64,000 nt of DNA from the NCBI GenBank assembly GCA_913060655.1, contig CAJXTG010000006.1, positions 340 through 64,339 on the forward strand, read 5' to 3'. Origin of the DNA: an uncultured Nitriliruptoraceae bacterium (lineage in GTDB: Bacteria > Actinomycetota > Nitriliruptoria > Nitriliruptorales > Nitriliruptoraceae). The position numbers were made by a program, and so were the translations under genes. Below are positions 57,330 through 64,000 of the stretch, piece by piece. How positions within the stretch are numbered: position 1 is the stretch's first letter; each line of letters opens with the position of its first letter. The notes beneath the pieces are model-generated. The model ran no database searches, was not told the origin of the DNA, and saw nothing but the letters and a program-made list of their open reading frames with translations.

Positions 57330-57949
57330 GGGGCGACCTCCAGGGCGAGGAACTCGACCGCGCCGGTGTCGTCGACGGCGAACACGAACGAGTCGAGACG
57401 ACGGCCGACCTCGGTGTCGGGCGCGTCGGCGTCGACGAGGACGGACTCGACGCGGGCGAGCGCCCAGCCGGGCGTGCCGAGGTAGCCGACCTCGATGAGG
57501 TAGGTGGCGTCGGCGACCTGCGTGTCGAGCACCCCCTGCGTCGCCGGGCCGTCCGCGCCGATCGCCGCGGCGAACGCGGTCGCGTCGACGTCGGTCGCGT
57601 CGACCGTCGTCGTCACCCCACGGTTGCGTTCCGTCAGCACCATGTCGAGCCAGCCGCGGATCGCGTCGGCGGCCGCCTGGATCGCCGGCTCGTCCGCCTC
57701 GACCGGCAGGTCCCCGTCCGCGCCGTCGGGGAACACGAGCGTCCCCGACGTCGACAGGTCGTGGAACACCAGCCCGGCGCGGCCGGTGACGGTGATCGGC
57801 TCACCCGGCTGCGCGGGCGGCGCCTCCGGCGCGGCCTCCTCGCCCCCACCGCAGGCGGCGAGGACGGCGGCGGTCGCGACGACGACGGCGGCGCGCCGGA
57901 CGCGGGCGGGCAGGGAACGGGGGTGGCCCGAGGGGCGTGGACGTGTCAT
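57326..57949 (-). CDS. hypothetical lipoprotein upstream of LCP paralog
   Basis: The start is set to ATG 57949 (MTRPRP...), and the lipobox is VLAACGG. Its stop overlaps the LCP start by 4 nt. Confidence 0.7.
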   Translation of the reverse strand: MTRPRPSGHPRSLPARVRRAAVVVATAAVLAACGGGEEAAPEAPPAQPGEPITVTGRAGLVFHDLSTSGTLVFPDGADGDLPVEADEPAIQAAADAIRGWLDMVLTERNRGVTTTVDATDVDATAFAAAIGADGPATQGVLDTQVADATYLIEVGYLGTPGWALARVESVLVDADAPDTEVGRRLDSFVFAVDDTGAVEFLALEVAP

Positions 57950-57999
57950 GGGCGTACCGTAACCCAGCGCACCGGCAGGACCGGCGCAGGAGGCGGCCG

Positions 58000-58422
58000 A
58001 TGGGACGGGGACGGGGCCGTGGCGGACCCGGGCCGCGGCGTGCGCCACGACCCGCCGACGACGTCCGGGTCTGCGCCGGCTGCGGGCGGTCCTTCACCTG
58101 GCGGCCCGCCCTCGCCGACGTGTGGGACGAGGTCCGCTGGTGCTCCGACGCCTGCCGGCGGCGCGGCGTCCGCCCCGTCGACCGCGCGCTCGAGGCGGCC
58201 ATCGCCGACCTGCTCGCCGACCGTGCCGCCGGTGCGACGATCTGCCCGTCGGAGGCCGCCCGTCGCGTCGACCCGGACCGCTGGGAGCCGCTGATGGAGC
58301 CGGCCCGGCGGGCGGCCCGCCGGATGGTCGCCGCCGGGACCCTCGAGATCGTCCAGGGCGGCCGCGTCGTCGACCCGACGGCGGCGAAGGGGCCGATCCG
58401 GCTGCGACGCCCCCGTCTGTAG
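58000..58422 (+). CDS. DUF2256 zinc-ribbon + DUF3253 domain protein
   Basis: AGGAGG lies 6 nt before ATG 58000. The DUF2256-like pattern is CAGCGRSFTWRPALADVWDEVRWCSDACRRR, and the DUF3253-like pattern is ICPSEAAR......W..LMEPARRAARRMVAAG. Confidence 0.75.
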   Translation: MGRGRGRGGPGPRRAPRPADDVRVCAGCGRSFTWRPALADVWDEVRWCSDACRRRGVRPVDRALEAAIADLLADRAAGATICPSEAARRVDPDRWEPLMEPARRAARRMVAAGTLEIVQGGRVVDPTAAKGPIRLRRPRL

Positions 58423-58450
58423 GCTGCCGGCGGGCGACGAGGAGGAGCGG

Positions 58451-58744
58451 ATGGCGCGGGTCGCGATCGACGTGCTGCTCAAGCGTGAGCTCCTCGACCC
58501 GCAGGGTCGCGCGATCGAACGGGCCCTGCCCGACCTCGGCTTCGCCGGCGCGCACGACGTCCGCATCGGCAAGCACCTCGAGCTCGACATCGACGCGGAG
58601 GGCGACGAGCTCGCCGCCCGGGTCGCCGCCATGTGCGACGGCTTCCTCATCAACCCCGTCGTCGAGACGTACCGCTGGCGCGTCATCACCGACGACGAAC
58701 GGGCCGACGCGGCCGCCGACGCGCCCACCGCCGTCGACGCCTGA
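58451..58744 (+). CDS. purS: phosphoribosylformylglycinamidine synthase subunit PurS
   Basis: The sequence is MARVAIDVLLKRELLDPQGRAIERAL..LGF ... NPVVETY. Confidence 0.93.
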   Translation: MARVAIDVLLKRELLDPQGRAIERALPDLGFAGAHDVRIGKHLELDIDAEGDELAARVAAMCDGFLINPVVETYRWRVITDDERADAAADAPTAVDA

Positions 58745-58750
58745 CCGGCC

Positions 58751-59521
58751 GTGTCGACCGCCGACGGGCGCCCGCCGCTCCCGCCGCTCCGCGACGACGG
58801 CCTGCCGACGCTGCCGACCGGCGAGCCGGTCCTCGCCCGCTGGTTCGTCCTCACCATGCTCGCGCTCGTCCCCGTCACCCTCGCCGTCTTCGTCGTCGCC
58901 TGGCAGGCCGCCGACCGTGACCCGCCGGCCGCGATCGAACGGCGCGCCGTCGGCACGGCGACGGTCACCCACGACCGCGGCGAGGCCGTCTTCCCCACGA
59001 CCGACACGACCGTCGCCGGTCCCGCGTGCGCGGAGGCGGTGCGGCTCACCGGCGACCCGTCGGCGATCTCCGCCGCCCGCCGTGCCCTCAGCGCCACCTG
59101 CCAGCTCGTCGGGGCCGGCGGGCTGCCGCGCGCGGAGGCCGGGCTGGCGGTCTGGCTCGCGTCCGACCCGAGCGTGCGGGTCGGCACGTTCGAGGCGTCC
59201 GGCGTCGACGCGTCCGCCCGCCTCGAGGACGGCGGCATCGTGCTCGAGCTCAACGCCCGCTACCTGTTCGAGGACGCGACCCGTGCCGCCCCCGTCGTCG
59301 TCGCCCAGCTCGCGCTCATCGGCGACCCCGACTGGCCCGGCGCCGTCGTCAGCGCCCAGGCCGAGGCGGCCGCGCTCGCCGAGCAGCTCGCCGCCTGCGG
59401 CCGGCTCAGCCTCCCCGACGGGCTGCCCCGGCCGTGCCGTGACGCGGAGGAGCTCGTCGCGAGCGACACGCTCGTCGCCGACCTGGTCGCCGTCGGCTTC
59501 CGCGACGCGGCCCGCGGCTAG
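58751..59521 (+). CDS. hypothetical single-pass membrane protein between purS and purQ
   Basis: GTG 58751 lies 6 nt after the purS stop, and GC3 is near 100% throughout. One TM segment is present (WFVLTMLALVPVTLAVFVVAW). The extracytoplasmic domain has 4 Cys. I recognise no family. Confidence 0.7.
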   Translation: MSTADGRPPLPPLRDDGLPTLPTGEPVLARWFVLTMLALVPVTLAVFVVAWQAADRDPPAAIERRAVGTATVTHDRGEAVFPTTDTTVAGPACAEAVRLTGDPSAISAARRALSATCQLVGAGGLPRAEAGLAVWLASDPSVRVGTFEASGVDASARLEDGGIVLELNARYLFEDATRAAPVVVAQLALIGDPDWPGAVVSAQAEAAALAEQLAACGRLSLPDGLPRPCRDAEELVASDTLVADLVAVGFRDAARG

Positions 59522-59566
59522 CGTCGGCCCGGCCGGCGGACGGCGCCGGCCCGCGAGGAGGACCGC

Positions 59567-60250
59567 ATGGGCGCGCGTGTCGGGGTCGTCACGTTCCCCG
59601 GGTCCCTCGACGACGGCGACGCGGCGACGGCGCTGCGCGGCGTCGGCGGGGACGCGGTCGCCCTGTGGCACGAGGACCCCGACCTGCGGGGCGTCGACGC
59701 GGTCGTGCTCCCCGGCGGGTTCTCCTACGGCGACGCGCTCCGCTGCGGCGCGGTCGCCCACCTCGCCCCCGTCATGGGGGCCGTCGCCCGCTTCGCCGCC
59801 GACGGGGGTCCCGTCCTCGGCATCTGCAACGGGTTCCAGGTGCTGTGCGAGGCGCGGCTGCTGCCCGGCGCGCTGCTGCGCAACGCCCACCTGCGCTTCG
59901 TCAGCCGACCGGTCGACGTCGACGTCGTGCGCACCGACACGCCCTTCACCGGCGCGTACCCGGCGGGGCAGCGGCTGCGGCTGCCGGTCAAGCACGGGGA
60001 GGGGCGGTACGTCGCCGACGAGGCGACCCTCGACCGGCTCGAGGCCGACGGTCGCGTCGTGTTCCGCTACGCCCCCGGCGACAACCCCAACGGGTCCGCC
60101 CGCGACATCGCCGGGGTGTGCAACGCGGCCGGCAACGTCGTCGGGCTGATGCCGCATCCGGAGCATGCGGTCGACGCGGACCTCAGCGAGGGGACCGACG
60201 GGCGGCCGATGTTCGCGGGACTGCTCGACCTGCTCGCCGCCCGGGTCTGA
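59567..60250 (+). CDS. purQ: phosphoribosylformylglycinamidine synthase subunit PurQ (glutaminase)
   Basis: Motifs seen are VGVVTFPGS, LPGGFSYGD, catalytic GICNGFQVL and GLMPHPE. Confidence 0.95.
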   Translation: MGARVGVVTFPGSLDDGDAATALRGVGGDAVALWHEDPDLRGVDAVVLPGGFSYGDALRCGAVAHLAPVMGAVARFAADGGPVLGICNGFQVLCEARLLPGALLRNAHLRFVSRPVDVDVVRTDTPFTGAYPAGQRLRLPVKHGEGRYVADEATLDRLEADGRVVFRYAPGDNPNGSARDIAGVCNAAGNVVGLMPHPEHAVDADLSEGTDGRPMFAGLLDLLAARV

Positions 60251-60281
60251 GCCGCATCGGCGACCGGGTCGTCCCGGAGGT

Positions 60282-60497
60282 TCAGCCGTTGTCGGCGAGG
60301 AGCCGTTCGAACCCGGCGATCGCCTGCTCGCTGTCGCGGCGGCGCTGACGCCACAGGAACACCCACAGCAGCCCGTGGGCGGTGATGCCGGCGCCGAGCA
60401 CCAGCGCCGGGGCCCACTCGCCCTGCACCCCGAGCAGGACCGCGGCCACGGCGGCGCACGCGACGAGGATGGCGCGAAGGGTGTTGAGGGCGTCCAC
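60282..60497 (-). CDS. small two-TM membrane protein (hypothetical, 71 aa)
   Basis: This is the last 71 codons of the antisense ORF 60282..62936. GTG 60497 follows GGAG, and hydrophobic segments LRAILVACAAVAAVLLGV and APALVLGAGITAHGLLWVFLW are present. It lies in the purQ-purL gap. Confidence 0.45.
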   Translation of the reverse strand: MDALNTLRAILVACAAVAAVLLGVQGEWAPALVLGAGITAHGLLWVFLWRQRRRDSEQAIAGFERLLADNG

Positions 60498-60623
60498 GGC
60501 GGCTCCGGTCGGGTGCGGTCGAGGCGGTTCGGCGCGGAGGGTACCGACGGACGTGCGGGACGGGTCCTCTAGGCTCGGTCGCTCCACACGTGCGACGGCG
60601 CCACGGGCGCGGAGGCGGGGGAC

Positions 60624-62981
60624 GTGACGTCGGACACCGCGACCGTCGCCTTCCCGCCCGACGAGCGGCTCGACGAGGCGCGTGCCCGACCGCTCGCCCA
60701 CGAGCTCGGCCTCACCGACGACGAGCTCGACCGCATCGCCGCGACCCTCGGGCGCATGCCGAGCGTCTCCGAGCTCGGCATGTACTCCGTGATGTGGTCC
60801 GAGCACTGCTCGTACAAGTCGTCGCGCATGCACCTGCGCGGTCTGCCGACGACCGGGCCGCAGGTGCTCGTCGGCCCGGGGGAGAACGCCGGCGTCGTCG
60901 ACGTCGGTGACGGGCTCGCCGTCACGTTCAAGATCGAGTCGCACAACCACCCCAGTGCCGTCGAGCCCGTCCAGGGCGCGGCGACCGGCGTCGGCGGGAT
61001 CCTGCGCGACATCCTCACGATGGGCGCGCGGCCGATCGCCGTGATGGACGCGCTGCGCTTCGGCGACCCCGGCGGCTGGACCGCGCTCGACGGGACGACG
61101 GTGCCCCCCGACCCGCACCAGCGGCACCTCGTCGACGGTGTCGTGCGCGGGGTGGGGCTGTACGGCAACTGCGTCGGCGTGCCCAACATCGGCGGGGAGA
61201 CCGTGTTCGACGACGCGTACGCCGGCAACCCGCTGGTCAACGCGCTCGCCGTGGGCGTGCTCCGCCACACCGACCTGCAGCTCGCACGGGCCGAACGTTC
61301 CGGCGACGTCGCCGTGCTGCTCGGGTCCGCGACCGGCCGTGACGGCATCGGCGGCGCGTCGGTGCTCGCGAGCGCCACGTTCGAGGACGACGGCGAGGAC
61401 CGCCGGCCCAACGTGCAGATCGGCGACCCGTTCGCCGAGAAGCTCCTCATCGAGTGCTGCCTCGAGCTCTACCACGCCGGACTCGTGTCCGGCATCCAGG
61501 ACATGGGGGCCGCCGGCATCGCGTGTGCGACGTCCGAGCTGTCCTCCGCCGCGTCGATGGGGATGCAGGTCGACCTCGACCGGGTGCACCTGCGGGACGC
61601 GACGATGGCGTCGTGGGAGATCCTCTGCTCCGAGTCGCAGGAACGGATGCTCGCGCTCGTGCGGCCCGACCGCCTCGACGAGGTCCTCGCCGTCGCCGCC
61701 CGCTGGCAGGTCCCCGCCTCCGTCATCGGCGAGGTCGTGGAGGGCTCCACGCTCACGCTGACGCGGCGCGGGGACGTCGTCGCCGCCGCCCCGGCCCGCA
61801 GCCTCGCCGACGAGGGGCCGGTGCTCGACCGCCCGTCGGCGCGCCCGGAACGGATGGACGCGCTCGCCGCCGTCGACGCCGACGCCGTCGACCTGCACGC
61901 GGAGGCCGCCCGGCTCACCGGCGGGGACGTCACGACGCTGCTCACCCGCGCGCTCGCCGCGCCGATGCTCGCGTCGAAGCGGTGGGTCCACGAGCAGTAC
62001 GACCACCTCGTCCTCGGCGGCACCGTGCTGCGGCCCGGCGCGGCCGGCGCCGGTGTCGTCCGCCTGCCCGGCACCGACCGGGCCGTCGCCCTGTCCACCG
62101 TCGGGAACGGCCGCTGGTGCGAGCTCGACCCGCGGGAGGGCACCCGGCGGGTCGTCGCCGCCGCCCACCGCGACGTCGCCTGCACCGGTGCGCGGCCGCT
62201 CGCGACGACGAACTGCCTCAACCTCGGCGACCCGACGCGCCCCGACCAGATGTGGCAGCTCGTCGAGGTCATCGGCGGGCTCGGCGACGCCTGCGACGCG
62301 CTCGACGTCCCCGTCACCGGCGGCAACGTCAGCCTCTACAACGCGTCGCGCGGGGTGCCGATCCCGCCGACCCCCGTCGTCGGCATCCTCGGCGTGCTCA
62401 CCCGGGCGTCCGACGCGGTCGGCCGTGCCGTGCGGGACGACGGCGACGAGCTGTGGCTCATCGGGGCGCCGACGACCCGCGGCCTCGCCGGCTCGCAGCT
62501 CGTGCGGCTCCTCGGCCACGCCCCCGGCGGCGTCCTCGCGCCCGTCGACCTCGGCCTCGAGCGGCGACTCGCCGACGTGCTCGTGTCCGCCGTCGCCGAC
62601 GGGACGCTGCGCTCCGCCGGCTCCGTCGGCCGCGGCGGGCTGCTCGCCGCCCTCGCCCGCGCCTGCGTCGGCGGCGGGCGCGGCGCGGAGGTCACCCTGC
62701 CCGACGTCGACGGGCGGCCGGCGACCACCGACGGCCGCACCCTCGCCCAGGCCCTGTGCAGCGAGTCCCCCGGACGGGCGCTCGTCAGCGTCGATGCGGC
62801 CGGGGCGCGCACGCTCGTCGCACGCTGCGAGGAGGCCGGGGTCGGGGCGTGGCGGCTCGGCACCGTCGGTGGGGACGCGCTCACCCTCGGTGCCGTCGCG
62901 ACGCTGCCGCTCGACGTGCTCGACCGTGCGCACCACGACACCCTGCCGGCGACGATGGGCACGACGGAGGAGCGGCGATGA
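60624..62981 (+). CDS. purL: phosphoribosylformylglycinamidine synthase subunit PurL
   Basis: Motifs seen are MWSEHCSYKSS, ESHNHPSAVEP.QGAATGVGG and NIGGE, in a 785-aa product starting at GTG 60624. Confidence 0.96.
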   Translation: MTSDTATVAFPPDERLDEARARPLAHELGLTDDELDRIAATLGRMPSVSELGMYSVMWSEHCSYKSSRMHLRGLPTTGPQVLVGPGENAGVVDVGDGLAVTFKIESHNHPSAVEPVQGAATGVGGILRDILTMGARPIAVMDALRFGDPGGWTALDGTTVPPDPHQRHLVDGVVRGVGLYGNCVGVPNIGGETVFDDAYAGNPLVNALAVGVLRHTDLQLARAERSGDVAVLLGSATGRDGIGGASVLASATFEDDGEDRRPNVQIGDPFAEKLLIECCLELYHAGLVSGIQDMGAAGIACATSELSSAASMGMQVDLDRVHLRDATMASWEILCSESQERMLALVRPDRLDEVLAVAARWQVPASVIGEVVEGSTLTLTRRGDVVAAAPARSLADEGPVLDRPSARPERMDALAAVDADAVDLHAEAARLTGGDVTTLLTRALAAPMLASKRWVHEQYDHLVLGGTVLRPGAAGAGVVRLPGTDRAVALSTVGNGRWCELDPREGTRRVVAAAHRDVACTGARPLATTNCLNLGDPTRPDQMWQLVEVIGGLGDACDALDVPVTGGNVSLYNASRGVPIPPTPVVGILGVLTRASDAVGRAVRDDGDELWLIGAPTTRGLAGSQLVRLLGHAPGGVLAPVDLGLERRLADVLVSAVADGTLRSAGSVGRGGLLAALARACVGGGRGAEVTLPDVDGRPATTDGRTLAQALCSESPGRALVSVDAAGARTLVARCEEAGVGAWRLGTVGGDALTLGAVATLPLDVLDRAHHDTLPATMGTTEERR

Positions 62982-64000
62982 ACGACGCGGACGGCACGAC
63001 GGCGGGCGACACGTCCGGTGACCTCGCCCGGCTCGCCGAGGGGCCCCGCTGCGAGTGCGGCGTGTTCGGCATCTACGCGCCCGGTGAGGACGTCGCCACG
63101 CTGACCTACTTCGCGCTGTTCGCGCTGCAGCACCGCGGCCAGGAGTCCGCCGGCATCGCCGTGTCCGACGGTGCGCGCACCGTCGTCCACCGGGAGATGG
63201 GGCTCGTCTCGCAGGTGTTCGGCCCGTCCGACCTCGCCGCCCTCGACGGGCACCTCGCCGTCGGCCACTGCCGCTACTCGACGACCGGCTCGTCGTCGTG
63301 GGAGAACGCCCAGCCCGTCTACCGCGAGTCGGGGCTCGGCACGCGGCTCGCGCTCGGCCACAACGGCAACCTCGTCAACACCGCCGAGCTCGCCCGCGGT
63401 CTCGAGCCGGCCCCCGGCACCGACTCCGCACTGATGGCGCGGCTCATCGGGGAGCGCACCGACGTCAGCCTCGAGGACGCCATCGTCGCCGTCGCCCGCG
63501 AACTGCGCGGCGCGTTCAGCGTCGTCGTCACCGACGAACGCCGGCTGTACGCGTTCCGCGACCCGCACGGGCTGCGGCCGCTGCAGATCGGCCGGCTGCC
63601 CGGCGGCGGCTGGGTCGTCGCGTCCGAGACCGCGGCGCTCGACATCGTCGGTGCGGTGCTCGTGCGCGACGTCGAGCCGGGCGAGCTCGTCGCGGTCGAC
63701 GCCGACGGGCTGCGCAGCCGCCGGTACGCCGAGGCGACGCCGACCTTCTGCCTGTTCGAGTGGGTCTACCTCGCCCGTCCCGACCACCGTCAGGACGGGG
63801 TCAGCGTGCTGAGCGCCCGCCGCCGCATGGGCGAGCGGCTCGCGGCCGAGGCGCCGACCGAGGCGGACGTCGTCATCCCCGTCCCCGAGGCCGGCCGGGA
63901 CGCCGCAGCCGGGTACGCGGCCGCGTCCGGCATCCCGTTCGCGGACGGGCTGGTGAAGAACCGCTACGTCGGCCGCACGTTCATCCAGCCGACCCAGTCG
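62978..64000 (+). CDS. purF: amidophosphoribosyltransferase, 3' end outside window
   Basis: This gene is absent from the ORF track because it has no stop in the window. The hand translation is MNDADG...CECGVFGIYAPGEDVA.LTYFALFALQHRGQESAGIAVSDG ... GHCRYSTTG. The ATG overlaps the purL stop (ATGA). Confidence 0.93.
   Translation, partial: MNDADGTTAGDTSGDLARLAEGPRCECGVFGIYAPGEDVATLTYFALFALQHRGQESAGIAVSDGARTVVHREMGLVSQVFGPSDLAALDGHLAVGHCRYSTTGSSSWENAQPVYRESGLGTRLALGHNGNLVNTAELARGLEPAPGTDSALMARLIGERTDVSLEDAIVAVARELRGAFSVVVTDERRLYAFRDPHGLRPLQIGRLPGGGWVVASETAALDIVGAVLVRDVEPGELVAVDADGLRSRRYAEATPTFCLFEWVYLARPDHRQDGVSVLSARRRMGERLAAEAPTEADVVIPVPEAGRDAAAGYAAASGIPFADGLVKNRYVGRTFIQPTQS

Overview
High-GC (about 72-73%) chromosomal segment, by gene order an Actinomycetota core region (rpsF-ssb-rpsR-rplI-dnaB; dnaK-grpE-dnaJ-hspR; pur genes). 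That taxon call is an inference. I support 66 protein-coding genes, including rpmG (too short for the ORF track) and purF (open at the window end). I also support 4 tRNAs (Gly-CCC, Ser-GCU, Arg-ACG, Ser-UGA), one cobalamin riboswitch, several short tandem repeats and a few candidate hairpin terminators. Most long ORFs in the track are antisense or out-of-frame artefacts of the GC content. I separated real genes from them by recognisable motifs, RBS placement and third-position GC (close to 100% in real genes). Content is mainly housekeeping: translation (tyrS, serS, r-proteins), replication (ssb, dnaB), purine synthesis (purA/D/C/S/Q/L/F), the HspR heat-shock regulon, Moco synthesis, glycolysis and a B12-type ABC importer. 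I see no CRISPR array, integrase, transposase, prophage or recognisable defence island, and no compositional island. All family calls come from motif recognition by eye, with no searches run. The least ordinary parts are: (1) a three-gene envelope copper module at 15.8-19.3 kb (cupredoxin + beta-helix + PLDc_N fusion, a PLDc_N membrane protein, a Tat two-domain multicopper oxidase); (2) a double beta-propeller lipoprotein with a 33-bp x5 coding repeat; (3) a CarH/LitR-type B12 regulator divergent from an atypical ProA-like dehydrogenase, in the same window as a B12-riboswitch-controlled importer; (4) a fused heat-shock operon dnaK-hsp20-grpE-dnaJ-hspR-clpB; (5) a sulfur/Moco neighbourhood with a CstB-like MBL-rhodanese and a MoaD-MoaE fusion; (6) recurrent 10-27 bp tandem duplications at gene 3' ends, two of which copy the stop codon.
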